Positions 44,344 to 53,958 of a stretch of DNA of 64,000 nt are shown piece after piece. This stretch comes from Magnetococcales bacterium. Lineage in GTDB: Bacteria > Pseudomonadota > Magnetococcia > Magnetococcales > JADFZT01. Under the pieces are notes generated by a model. That model searched no databases, was not told the origin of the DNA, and worked only from the letters and a program-made list of their open reading frames with translations. Within the stretch, counting starts at the first letter, position 1. Each line of letters opens with the position of its first letter. The position numbers were made by a program, and so were the translations under genes. The stretch lies in the NCBI GenBank assembly GCA_015232395.1, contig JADFZT010000020.1, positions 338-64,337 of the forward strand, in the 5' to 3' direction.

Positions 44344-47300
44344 TCAGGCGGCATATGGTGGAACTGTTTGAAAACCGGTTTGATACCCTTCACCCTGAAA
44401 GCTTCCCATATATTTTTCCAGAGTTGATTGGGCACTCCCCAGCGTTTTGAGTAGGGGATCATGAACCAGACCATATATTCCGCCGCCCATTCGTTAAACC
44501 CCATAAACATGACCCAAGGTGTCTTGATGGCATCAATATCCTTCATGGCGGCATAAAAGAGCGCCTCCATCTCATCGGGATCCGCTTCCTGGGGCAGATA
44601 GACGTTAAACCCTTTCCAATAATTTTCATCGGGTTGGGAATAGTTCATGACAACGGATTCAGCGGCGATATTGTTGGGGACGGTCACCAACTCCTGGCAC
44701 ATGGTCAGGATTCGGGTGGTCCGCCAGGTGATGTCCACCACTTTACCGGTGGTTGAGTCCAGTTTGACCTCATCACCGATCTGAAATGGCCGTTCCAGAT
44801 TGATCGCCAAACCGGAAAAAATGTTGGCAATATTCATCTGCACGGCCAAACCAATGATCATCGCCATCAAACCGGAGGTGGCCAACAAACCGGTCAGGGT
44901 TTGGCCAAAAACAAAGGCCACAACAGCAAAAAAGGCGAATAAGAAGATCAGGAAGGTCACCAATCCACGCATCAGATTGGGGATGTTACGATCAGCCTTC
45001 TTTTCCATACGGCGCCAGACCAAAAGTTCAACCAACTGCCTGGTCACCCAGGCCAGCAGCAGGATAATCGCCAGCTTGAGCCCTGCCCAAATGGCGGTTT
45101 TTCGTTGAATTTTGAGTCGGTCCTGGCGGGTCAGGTTGATTTTGCCTTCGATCCGTTGTTGTCGCTCCATAGGGGAGAGAGCGTCAAGAGAGGCGTCCAA
45201 TTCCCTTTGGCGTTCGGGTGAAATTCCATCCAGGCGTTCAATCTGGCTTAGGAGACTGTTTCTCTCTACGGTGAGGGCTCGATTTCGGTTTCGATAAATC
45301 CCTGCTTCCGCCACCATGCCAAAACGGGAGTGACGCACCTTGAGCAGTGTCAGCCAAGTTTCAGCAACGGTTTTGTGAATGTAAAGATCGAATAGGTTTT
45401 TGGCACGCCGATCCAGTTCAGCCCGTTGCTCCTCCTGGGTACCCAACGATTCCAGGAGGGTTTGGCTCTCTTCAGAGGGAGCTGCAAATTCGCTTCTTGG
45501 TTCACTCTCTGTCCCGGTGGTTTTCTGAGAGGCGTTCAGGCGAGCGTTTTGTTCGGACCACTGCTGGGAGAGACGGGCATGGGCCTGTTCGAACATATCC
45601 GTTAACTCGGTCAAAATCGGTCCTTCAGAGTCGTTGAGTCGAAGAAGCCGGTCGGCGGCTTTTTTCTGCTCGGCCAGATTTTCCCGGGTCATTTCAAGTT
45701 CAAGCACCTCTATGTGCAGCGCCTGCAACATGTCCGTCAGTTTTTTCCCTTGTGACGAAACAAACAGGTTCAGAAAGGATTCCAAACCACTTTCAGAGCT
45801 CAGCAATCGCCGTCGCGCATCCTGTTCCAGATTTTTTTGGTCGAGTTCTGAAAGCTTGGCCGTATTTTTCTCAATCAGACGAAGCCATCCATCGAGCAAA
45901 TTGATGCGAACATCCAGCAGAGCCTGCAACTCACCCAGGGGTTGGATGGTCGCATAGCGCGCCTTGTCCGGATCGGAATAGAATGTGATCTGGGCCTCGA
46001 CTTCAGACTTAAGGGCCGAAAACCTGGCCAACTCGCTTTCCAGTGGTGCAATACGGTCGGAATCCAGCAGTTTGCCCAGGTGGGTGGGGGCCTGATCCGG
46101 CTGCATCTCGCCCCGTCCAAGTCGTTTTTGGAGTTCAATCGCACCGGCAAAGGAGGTTTGTGTGGCACTGAGCGTCTGTTCGATCAGATGGATGTGTTGG
46201 GCAAGGGCATCATTCTCCCTGGTCAACAGCTTGACAATACGGGTTTCCTGTTCTTTCTGATCGTTGAGAAGCTGGATCCGACTGACCAGAAGAGCCTGCA
46301 ACTGTTTCAGTTCCAACCCGACGCCTTCCAGCACATCACCCGGCTGATCCCCCCACTGATCCAAAATGGCATAGACCGGAGATCGGACTGTTTCTGAAAT
46401 GGTGGAGGCCTGATTCACTGGGCGACTGGGGTCAGCAAGAGGGGTCATTCCGGCCTGCTGATACAACTGATTGCGAATCAGTTGATGGCGTTGCCCTTGG
46501 GCATTGTGAAGAAAAGCGGAAAAAACATCCTGAGCCGTCTCCAGGTCACGAATTCCCCGAAGGGTCAGTTGACGCATACTGCTCAGCTGGCTGCGACTCG
46601 TTTTCAATTTCCCACTACTTTGGGTAAAAGACTCTTCCGCCACCGCGATGCTTTCAAGGATGGCTTCGGTTTCCAGCTGGCGCAGATGGTTGGATTGATC
46701 GTGCCTCTGGCGGGCATGCTTGAGCAGTCTGGAAAAAGCAATCCGATCCGCTTGGGCCTCCGCCAGAGCGGCCATCTCTGTTTCGATCCTCTGTTCAAGT
46801 TCCGGCAGGCGAAGCTCCGCTTCTGCCATGGCCGCCACAATGTGGGCCGTCTGTTTGGCGCTCTTTTCGCCTATGGTGTCGAGCTTGGCCAATGAGCTAC
46901 CTGGGGGCAACTTCTCTTTGGTATCCGGATGCTTGTTCAACAGGGCAATCAGCACCCGCATATCAACCAGCCGGTCGGCAATACTGCTGTTTTGTTCCAC
47001 CACTTTCTGCCCTCTTTCCAAAAGCAGATTCATGGTGCTGGCCAGCATCTTTTGCTGCTCTAAACGCTCTTCGAGAATATCGTTGCGCTGTTGCAGCTTT
47101 TTGGAGTGCGCTTCCGCCCGGACCAGATCATAGGCGACTGTTTCCTGCTCAGCCTGGTCAATTTTCGGGATCTGCAACTTTTCCAGCGCCTGTTCCAGCT
47201 CCTCCACCTGTTTTTGCAATTGAATGTGTTGACTGTTATTCAGCAAAAACGAACCCATTCTCCAGGTGGTTTCCGCTTCAAGCTGGGAGAGTTGATTGAG

Positions 47301-48080
47301 CTGCTCCTTTGGCGACAGCTGACCAAAATTTTGCTTGAGAGAAGCTTGCTTGCGTAGCCGTTCCTGTTGCTGTTTGAGAAGATCCAGCTTGGCTTGTGCC
47401 TGCCGCTGCTGATCATCATTTTGGATCTGTAGCGCCTGCAAGGTTTTCAACTTTTCCTGAACCGTCGCATTTTCTTCCTGCAGCTTCTTTTGAACCCTCT
47501 TGTAACGTCTTTGGCGTCCATTAAAATCTTTTGAGTTCAGATACTTGGGGATGGTCCAGCGGCGCAGGCTTTTATCATCGACCCGAAATTTGAGTTCCAG
47601 CAATCCCAGATCAATCTGGGGTCGCAACTGGATCCACCCCTCCAACAGAGTCGTCAGGTTTTGGATCAGCTGTTCACGTTCCTGCCAAAGAGCGCGCTCA
47701 TTGTGGATGATCCCCTTCTGCTGCAGGTTGTTCTGGATACGTTGTTCCAAAGCCGTCATACCGACTTCTATGGCCTGGATGGAACTCTCCTGGACAACAT
47801 CCGTGGCAGGAAGCGCAGCACTCAATGCAGCACGCTGTTCCTGAACCTTGAGAAGTTTTTCCAGATTGGTGCGCAGAAGCCGCTGGTCGCTTTTCAAGGT
47901 GGACTCGACCTTGTCATGCAGCGCTTTCATGTGGCTGATCAGCGCTTCGTTGCTCATGCGGTGAAGGGGCAGCTCCTCCTCGGCCTGAACAGGCCCGGGC
48001 ATGGATAACGAACTTAACAACAGAAAGAACGCCACAACGGTAAGGGTGAAGAGCCAGCTGACAGGAGGCGAAAACCGCAT
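44340..48080 (-). CDS. MscK/MscM-like large mechanosensitive channel (MscS family) with long periplasmic coiled-coil domain
   Basis: ATG 48080 gives the signal peptide MRFSPPVSWLFTLTVVAFFLLLSSLSMPGPVQA/EE (the frame is open to 48164). The C-terminal MscS core is IIGLAVQMNIANIFSGLAINLERPFQIGDEVKLDSTTGKVVDITWRTTRILT...VTVPNNIAAESVVMNYS. Confidence 0.85.
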   Translation of the reverse strand: MRFSPPVSWLFTLTVVAFFLLLSSLSMPGPVQAEEELPLHRMSNEALISHMKALHDKVESTLKSDQRLLRTNLEKLLKVQEQRAALSAALPATDVVQESSIQAIEVGMTALEQRIQNNLQQKGIIHNERALWQEREQLIQNLTTLLEGWIQLRPQIDLGLLELKFRVDDKSLRRWTIPKYLNSKDFNGRQRRYKRVQKKLQEENATVQEKLKTLQALQIQNDDQQRQAQAKLDLLKQQQERLRKQASLKQNFGQLSPKEQLNQLSQLEAETTWRMGSFLLNNSQHIQLQKQVEELEQALEKLQIPKIDQAEQETVAYDLVRAEAHSKKLQQRNDILEERLEQQKMLASTMNLLLERGQKVVEQNSSIADRLVDMRVLIALLNKHPDTKEKLPPGSSLAKLDTIGEKSAKQTAHIVAAMAEAELRLPELEQRIETEMAALAEAQADRIAFSRLLKHARQRHDQSNHLRQLETEAILESIAVAEESFTQSSGKLKTSRSQLSSMRQLTLRGIRDLETAQDVFSAFLHNAQGQRHQLIRNQLYQQAGMTPLADPSRPVNQASTISETVRSPVYAILDQWGDQPGDVLEGVGLELKQLQALLVSRIQLLNDQKEQETRIVKLLTRENDALAQHIHLIEQTLSATQTSFAGAIELQKRLGRGEMQPDQAPTHLGKLLDSDRIAPLESELARFSALKSEVEAQITFYSDPDKARYATIQPLGELQALLDVRINLLDGWLRLIEKNTAKLSELDQKNLEQDARRRLLSSESGLESFLNLFVSSQGKKLTDMLQALHIEVLELEMTRENLAEQKKAADRLLRLNDSEGPILTELTDMFEQAHARLSQQWSEQNARLNASQKTTGTESEPRSEFAAPSEESQTLLESLGTQEEQRAELDRRAKNLFDLYIHKTVAETWLTLLKVRHSRFGMVAEAGIYRNRNRALTVERNSLLSQIERLDGISPERQRELDASLDALSPMERQQRIEGKINLTRQDRLKIQRKTAIWAGLKLAIILLLAWVTRQLVELLVWRRMEKKADRNIPNLMRGLVTFLIFLFAFFAVVAFVFGQTLTGLLATSGLMAMIIGLAVQMNIANIFSGLAINLERPFQIGDEVKLDSTTGKVVDITWRTTRILTMCQELVTVPNNIAAESVVMNYSQPDENYWKGFNVYLPQEADPDEMEALFYAAMKDIDAIKTPWVMFMGFNEWAAEYMVWFMIPYSKRWGVPNQLWKNIWEAFRVKGIKPVFKQFHHMPPE

Positions 48081-48390
48081 GATGGATCTGTCCTTAAGGC
48101 TATATTTTTTTGGAAACCATCTGGCCAAAATACCCATACATTTAAAAATCAGCGAACAAAACAAAACGTTATAAACAACAAACCACCACCTACCAGATCA
48201 ACTTTTTTTCAATACGGTCCGTTGTCTAAACCATCAGCGGCCAAAATCCATCTTACCCAGCTTTATTTGATGCGCACCTACCCCGAACAGGTGCTGCATC
48301 CCAAAGTGGTCATCCAGATATTGAATTTCAGCCACTGACGGCTTTTCTGACAGCGTGGCAGGTTATCTAATCCACGCGCCCATCCATAGA

Positions 48391-49065
48391 TTATTTTTCC
48401 CGCACGGCTGGAATCGGAACGGCATGGGCCTTGGCGTTTTCAGGGGCGGAAAACAGTTCAGGATTGGTAAATCTGCCCCCTATGTTCAATACGGAAGGAT
48501 CCTCACCCGGCTCCACCCACCAGCACCACAAAAGATGCAGCGATTCGGTCTCGGATGTGTTGGTAAAACCATGCACCGTATAGGGGCGATGGTACATCAT
48601 GTTGCCGGGTTTCACTTTTTTGTTCTCATCATCAGCCCACCAATCGGCCTCACCTTCCAAGACAAAATACATCTCATTGGCAGGGTGATTGTGTGCGGGA
48701 TAGGTGACGCCCGGTTTCAGATAATAGTCACCACACATGATATTTTCGGGGTTCAACCCCGTACTGGAGCTGGATCCAAGCAGAACACGATAGAAATGGA
48801 GGGAATCTTCATCCGCCATGCCATTGGGCGCATGACCCCGATACCATGCGGGATATTTGGGATTGATCTTTTTATCCACTGTCTCGGCGTCGGCAAAGGA
48901 GGTGGTCCCCTTCAGACGCCCAGGAACCTGATACTCTCCACTATAGAGGCTGGGCTTACTGTCGACGCTCTCCTGTGTGGTGGTCGCACAGCCCCCCAGC
49001 ACCGAAAGTGCCGCAACACAAAGAATCTTGGCTGGACCTTTTACTATTTTAAACATGACATGCAC
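48391..49065 (-). CDS. Cupin-domain lipoprotein
   Basis: Lipobox LSVLGG/C. Cupin motif 1 is YPAHNHPANEMYFVLEGEA (HxHxxxExY) and motif 2 is GNMMYHRPYTVHGF. Confidence 0.7.
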   Translation of the reverse strand: MHVMFKIVKGPAKILCVAALSVLGGCATTTQESVDSKPSLYSGEYQVPGRLKGTTSFADAETVDKKINPKYPAWYRGHAPNGMADEDSLHFYRVLLGSSSSTGLNPENIMCGDYYLKPGVTYPAHNHPANEMYFVLEGEADWWADDENKKVKPGNMMYHRPYTVHGFTNTSETESLHLLWCWWVEPGEDPSVLNIGGRFTNPELFSAPENAKAHAVPIPAVREK

Positions 49066-49104
49066 CTTTGGTCATCGAAATGACAGAGAAGGAAAACCAC
49101 ACAG

Positions 49105-50520
49105 TTATACGGCCTCTTTCCGGGCAAGGACCAAAACCCAACCGAGGGTTCCCCGTTCCGTTGTTTTGGCGCTCTCGGCATAGGCCGTGGCAAGACGGGG
49201 ATAGTTGGCCTTGTTGGCCTGTTGCCCCACACGTTTATAGGTGATGTGCAAATGCTGCGTTAAATCTTCCCAGTTGTCAATCACCAGGCCATTTTGTTCC
49301 ATGGCGGTTTGATAGGCCTCCTGGAGGTGGAGGGTTTCCAGATGGAAGCGATCACAGACCCACTCCCGCACATGGTCGTCCACCTCCCCCCTGGGAGAAA
49401 TCAGGGTATCGAAACTCATCACCCCTCCGGGTTTGAGCACCTGACTGAGCTTTTCAAACAGGGGCTGCATCTCCCGGGCGTGCACATGATAGATGGCCGC
49501 GTTGCTCCAGATATGGGTGAAGCTTTCAGCCGCGAATTCGGCTTCCACCATGCTGGCGCAAAGGAATGAAACCCGTTTTTTAAGTTCTGGAGAGGCCTTG
49601 GCCAGGGCCGCTTCGGCCTGCTCGATGTTGGTCGTGCTCAGATCGAGCCCCACCACCCGACACTGATAGGTCTCAGCCAACCAAAGCGCGGTATAGCCGT
49701 TGCCACACCCCACATCCAACAGCACCGACTCCTCAGTCAAACCGATACGCTCTGCCATTCTTTGTACATGCAGATCGGTGGCGGCTTCCAGGGAGATACT
49801 CTCCTCCTGCCCAGGGGGAAAGTGACCCCAGCACATGGAACCGTTACCGGACCAAACCTCACGCATGATCTGGTTTTGGTGGCGATAGTAGGACTGTTTA
49901 TTGTCATCCAGAGCCCCTTCCAGAGGGCGGCGGGCCAGGAACACCTTTTGCGTTGCAAACGGCACCTGACAGATGCCGTTAAAATGGTTCTGACGCAGCA
50001 GATCCCCCACGCTCTCAGAACGGATCGAACCATCACTATCGCCAACCATCCCATGGACCAAAACACTGCCACCCGGGGCCAGCGCCTTGAACACCCCGTC
50101 AAGCAGCCGGTTCAGGTTGGCTAAAGCCGTGGCCAGCCCCTCTTCCTGGCCTGGATTGTTCCAGTCAAGGGAGAGCAAAAACCGGGATGAAACCTGCAAT
50201 AAAACCAAATCCACCCGGCGGCTGCCCAAGGTTGCGGCCCAATTGGCATCGGTCACACTCTGACAACTCATGGCAGCCACGAAAGGATCCGCTGCCTTCT
50301 GACAGATATCGAGATGCTGCTGACAGCGCTCGGCATCAAAATCAATCATCTCCAGATCTATGCCGCATTGGCGTATTTCCACCAGGGGCAGCGCCAGCTC
50401 CGGCACCACCTGACCACCCGATAGGGAGAGCACGCACTTGCCATGATTTTCATGGATGATATGGAATAGCTGCCTGACCTGCGGGGAAGCGTCCTGGCTC
50501 AGATGCATTTCATTACGCAT
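49105..50520 (-). CDS. Two-domain class I SAM-dependent N-methyltransferase (sarcosine/dimethylglycine-MT-like C-terminal half)
   Basis: The C-terminal half has YYRHQNQIMREVWSGNGSMCWGHF...LLDVGCGNGYTALWLAE...LKPGGVMSF. This matches the betaine-pathway MT pattern (FY..IWGGEDIH.G.Y ... VLDxGxGxG). The N-terminal half is a degenerate MT-like fold (LAPGGSVLVHG). Confidence 0.7.
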   Translation of the reverse strand: MRNEMHLSQDASPQVRQLFHIIHENHGKCVLSLSGGQVVPELALPLVEIRQCGIDLEMIDFDAERCQQHLDICQKAADPFVAAMSCQSVTDANWAATLGSRRVDLVLLQVSSRFLLSLDWNNPGQEEGLATALANLNRLLDGVFKALAPGGSVLVHGMVGDSDGSIRSESVGDLLRQNHFNGICQVPFATQKVFLARRPLEGALDDNKQSYYRHQNQIMREVWSGNGSMCWGHFPPGQEESISLEAATDLHVQRMAERIGLTEESVLLDVGCGNGYTALWLAETYQCRVVGLDLSTTNIEQAEAALAKASPELKKRVSFLCASMVEAEFAAESFTHIWSNAAIYHVHAREMQPLFEKLSQVLKPGGVMSFDTLISPRGEVDDHVREWVCDRFHLETLHLQEAYQTAMEQNGLVIDNWEDLTQHLHITYKRVGQQANKANYPRLATAYAESAKTTERGTLGWVLVLARKEAV

Positions 50521-50589
50521 GGTAGCGGTTTCTTTCCTTCGGCATGAGGGGATGACCGACTGGGGTGGGATGGATCACAAACCGGATCC

Positions 50590-51894
50590 TTATCCTTCCT
50601 CAGGGGGGCGTTCGCCACGGAACAGGAATCCATCGAACGCCTCTGCGGGCTCCAGTTGATCGAACCAAGTCGCATCGGCATCAAAACGGGCAAAAAACGG
50701 CATCCGGGTCAAATGGGGATCCCGGGCCTGGAGATATTGAAAAACAAAGCGTTTTTTGCCGCCCAGCCACCGCGTGCCCAGCACTTGCACCTTGCCATAT
50801 TGTGTAGACATGACGGGGGCACGCACGGTTTTGGCCAAGCCACTCACCTGCCCATACACTTGCTGGACCAGATGCAGCGCCTTGTCGATGGAAATTTCAA
50901 AGCGACCTTTCGCCCCGGTATCCCGGGGAAGAAAGAGATAATAGGGGATGCACCCCAGCTTGATTTCGCTCTCCCAGAGCTGTTTCAGGGTGGCAACTTG
51001 ATCGTTGATGCCGGCCAGCAGGGGCGATTGGGTACGGATCACCACCCCCAAACGGCGAACCACCTGAATGGCCTCACGGGCCTCGTCCGGCTCCAACTCC
51101 CGGGGATGATTGACATTGGCCAGCAAGGTCAGATGTTTGCCACGATCGACAACCTGTTTAAAAAGCGCCAACAGCTCTGGTGTATCTGGATCCTGCAAAA
51201 AACGATTGGGCCAAAAGCCCAGTGATTTGGTACCGATGCGAATATTGGTGATGTGATCAAGATCACTCTGGAGCAGAGGCAGCAGGTAGTCCGATAGTTG
51301 GGAGGCGTTCATGAACAAAGGATCCCCCCCGGTGAGGACCACATCGGTGACCTGAAGTTGGCTCTTCAGATAGTCGATCCACCTGGGAATGTCGTGTGGC
51401 GCCAATTTGTGTTTGCTTTGGGCCCCCTGAATAAACTGTTCCCAACGGAAGCAATAGGTACAGAAGGCAAAACAGGTCTGCCCGGCGTGGGGGAAGGCCA
51501 GCACCGTTTCCTGATATTTATGCTGAACCCCATTCAATGGTTCGCCAGCAAAGAGTGGAATATTCTGGCTCTGCTGACTGGGATCCGGGTTCATGCTGAT
51601 CGTCAGTTCGGCCAGAAGATCCTTTTTTTGACTGGGGCTTATCGTTTCAACCGTGTCCAACCGGCTCAGAGTTTGATAGATCGATGGAGGGACGCAATCT
51701 TTTTCAGGAAAGATCATTTTAAAGATGGGATCATCGGGTACGGCCTGCCAGTCGATGAGCCGCAAAATATGGGCATTGGCTCGAAAAGGAAAAACCCGAC
51801 TGACTGTTTCTATCTGTTTTAGTACGCCAGCTGGCAGCGTTTTCAATTGCTGAAGATCGACAAGGTCAGAGCGATGCATGAGGGAATAGGACAT
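50590..51894 (-). CDS. KamA-family radical SAM 2,3-aminomutase-like protein
   Basis: The CxxxCxxC cluster is CFAFCTYCFRW. Other motifs: VVLTGGDPLF, IRIGTKSLGFWPNRF, LANVNHPREL, IRTQSPLLAGIND, IPYYLFLPRD. The start is uncertain (ATG 51894 or TTG 51906). Confidence 0.85.
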   Translation of the reverse strand: MSYSLMHRSDLVDLQQLKTLPAGVLKQIETVSRVFPFRANAHILRLIDWQAVPDDPIFKMIFPEKDCVPPSIYQTLSRLDTVETISPSQKKDLLAELTISMNPDPSQQSQNIPLFAGEPLNGVQHKYQETVLAFPHAGQTCFAFCTYCFRWEQFIQGAQSKHKLAPHDIPRWIDYLKSQLQVTDVVLTGGDPLFMNASQLSDYLLPLLQSDLDHITNIRIGTKSLGFWPNRFLQDPDTPELLALFKQVVDRGKHLTLLANVNHPRELEPDEAREAIQVVRRLGVVIRTQSPLLAGINDQVATLKQLWESEIKLGCIPYYLFLPRDTGAKGRFEISIDKALHLVQQVYGQVSGLAKTVRAPVMSTQYGKVQVLGTRWLGGKKRFVFQYLQARDPHLTRMPFFARFDADATWFDQLEPAEAFDGFLFRGERPPEEG

Positions 51895-52162
51895 AAACCA
51901 ACCCAAGGAGCGAAATGATAAGGCCCCCTAACGACAAAGAATGATCAGGAGAGGAGCGGCAAAAACAAGGTCGACTGAATAAGATGGCAGATACAGACTC
52001 AGCCAGCCCATTGAGAGACTGCTTACCATATATTAACCGCAATGGCTGCCGACCTCAACTATCGATGCCCACCCGTTTTTAGAAACAGCCTGATAAACAT
52101 CATTGAACTGAAATTCAATGCACGCAAAAACATTGATTCTAGCCGACGCCTGTTTCACGCAT

Positions 52163-52229
52163 GGTGTCAAATTTGGCAACCAGCCCGCCCCATGGTAAAT
52201 CTCCCACCATAGACACAACCAAGCCACAC
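52163..52229 (+). repeat. Dispersed repeat family 2, copy 2
   Basis: See copy 1. It lies in the 0.7-kb divergent intergenic region between the KamA gene and the E2-like operon. Confidence 0.6.
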
Positions 52230-52335
52230 CACCCCAAATTCCGTTTCCCAGGCAAAATCATCGCGCATGAGGTTTGGCCCACCTTCAACTTTACCATAAA
52301 CTATTGAAATATAGATGAAATCGTGGTTTTGCAAA

Positions 52336-52445
52336 GTGGGAGGCCATTATCGGAATTTCGTCTGAAAATTGAAAAAAAATCCGAGCCTGCGTCTTGGTTT
52401 TTGGAGATCGGTTTTGCCGTGTTTGGCTCAACTTGACAGAATCTT
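52336..52445 (+). repeat. Dispersed repeat family 1, copy C (diverged)
   Basis: The sequence is GTGGGAGGCCATTATCGGAATTTCGTCTGAAAATTGAAAAAAAATCCGAGCCTGCGTCTTGGTTTTTGGAGATC... Confidence 0.55.
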
Positions 52446-52611
52446 CAACAGGGTTTTACTCAATGTGATAAAATCTCAAAAGGCTATCACACACCGAAAG
52501 AAAATGTTAACTTTTCAACGTGGACAAAGTTTTAACGAGGGACAGCGGGCTGAGCAATAACATGACAGTATCGACAGCCCCCTCCGGGCTCCTGCAGGAA
52601 ACAATTCAAAC

Positions 52612-53958
52612 ATGATCACCGAATTCAGAGTCCCACAGCTCAACCCCAACGACATAGAGATCCTGGTGGTTCGCTGGAAGGTGAATAACGGAGCCACGGT
52701 CTCCTCTGGCCAGGAGATCGTCGAGGTGGAAACGGCCAAGGCGGTGGTAGAACTCGAAGCGCCGGTATCCGGTCATATCAAGCAGGCTTGCCTGGCTGGG
52801 GATATTCTGAAGGTGGGGAAAATTCTCGCATGGATCGCCGACAGCCAGGAATCGCTGACAGCCCTTGAAGACAAACCCACTGAAATAAATGGGGGAAATG
52901 TCCTTTCGGAAAACCCCGAAAGCTCCCCGGCCTCCAACGAAAATCGACGCCATTCCCCCCTCCCCCCTTCCCGGAAAAAGTCTCAAGAAAGCCGCTTTTC
53001 CCGTTCAGCCCAGGCGCGAATCCAGGCTTTGGGCATTCCGGAATCCCGTTTTGAGGGGATGGGGCTCGTGACCAACCGGGTGGTGGATTCGGTGCTGGAG
53101 GCCACATCCGGGGAGGCCACGACCAAAGGAGGCTCGGAGTTCCAGAGAAACCCCCTTCGCACCCAACGTGTTCCCCCCGGGAAGGCCCTGGAAATCGATC
53201 TGTTGACCCACGGCCAGGCCAATCTGATCAACAGCTCTCTCACAGTGCTGCTTCCCTCTGAAGGAATCCGCCAGACGCTTCGGGATTGGCAGTTTGAAGG
53301 CTCTCTGCTTTCCCTCATTCTCTATGAATTGACCCGACTGCTGAGAGAGCATCCCCGCTTCAATGCGTTCTACCACAATGGTTTCATTCATTTCTACGAC
53401 ACCATCGACGTCAATCTGGCCCTGGATCTGGAGAAGGGCTTGAAAGCGCCCATCATCCGGGATGCCGGGAAGATGACGCTACAGAAGATCAACGAAGCTG
53501 TCCACGCCTTGGTACGGGGCTACCTGGAAAACAGCCTGAGGCCGGAAGAGTTGATCGGCGGCACCGTGACCGTGACCGATCTTTCCGGGGAAAACATTCT
53601 CCATTTTCAACCACTGCGCAACAAAAACCAGGCGATCATCATCGGCATCGGTGGGGATGCCGATCCCCCCGGCCACCCCCTCTCGATCACCTGCGTCTTT
53701 GACCATCGGGTGCTGAGTGGACAGGAGGTGGGACAGTTTTTGAATAGCCTGAAAGAACGGCTCTCGAGTTACACCCTGGAGGGGATGCCGGTGACCGGGC
53801 AGGCTTTTTTGCACCAACGCACCTGCTCCCGCTGTGGCATCGACCTCAAAAGCCTCGAAGCCCAGTGGGGCGACCAAGCCATGCTGGTGCGTATGATCTC
53901 CACCCGAGGGGAAGGGTGGATATGCCACCGCTGTCTGCCCCTGAAATCCGAACCATGA
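52612..53958 (+). CDS. Lipoyl-domain / 2-oxoacid dehydrogenase E2-type acyltransferase with C-terminal zinc ribbon
   Basis: Lipoyl-type motif EIVEVETAKAVVELEAPVSG and an Ala/Pro/Ser-rich linker. The E2 catalytic core is GGTVTVTDLSG...ITCVFDHRVLSGQEVGQFLNSLKERL. The tail is CSRCG...CHRC. Confidence 0.85.
   Translation: MITEFRVPQLNPNDIEILVVRWKVNNGATVSSGQEIVEVETAKAVVELEAPVSGHIKQACLAGDILKVGKILAWIADSQESLTALEDKPTEINGGNVLSENPESSPASNENRRHSPLPPSRKKSQESRFSRSAQARIQALGIPESRFEGMGLVTNRVVDSVLEATSGEATTKGGSEFQRNPLRTQRVPPGKALEIDLLTHGQANLINSSLTVLLPSEGIRQTLRDWQFEGSLLSLILYELTRLLREHPRFNAFYHNGFIHFYDTIDVNLALDLEKGLKAPIIRDAGKMTLQKINEAVHALVRGYLENSLRPEELIGGTVTVTDLSGENILHFQPLRNKNQAIIIGIGGDADPPGHPLSITCVFDHRVLSGQEVGQFLNSLKERLSSYTLEGMPVTGQAFLHQRTCSRCGIDLKSLEAQWGDQAMLVRMISTRGEGWICHRCLPLKSEP

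Noticed and set aside
52464-52491. A TGTGA...TCACA inverted motif resembling a CRP/FNR-type site upstream of the E2-like operon.
   Set aside because: The half-sites are 18 nt apart rather than the 6 nt (CRP) or 4 nt (FNR) required. It is probably fortuitous.
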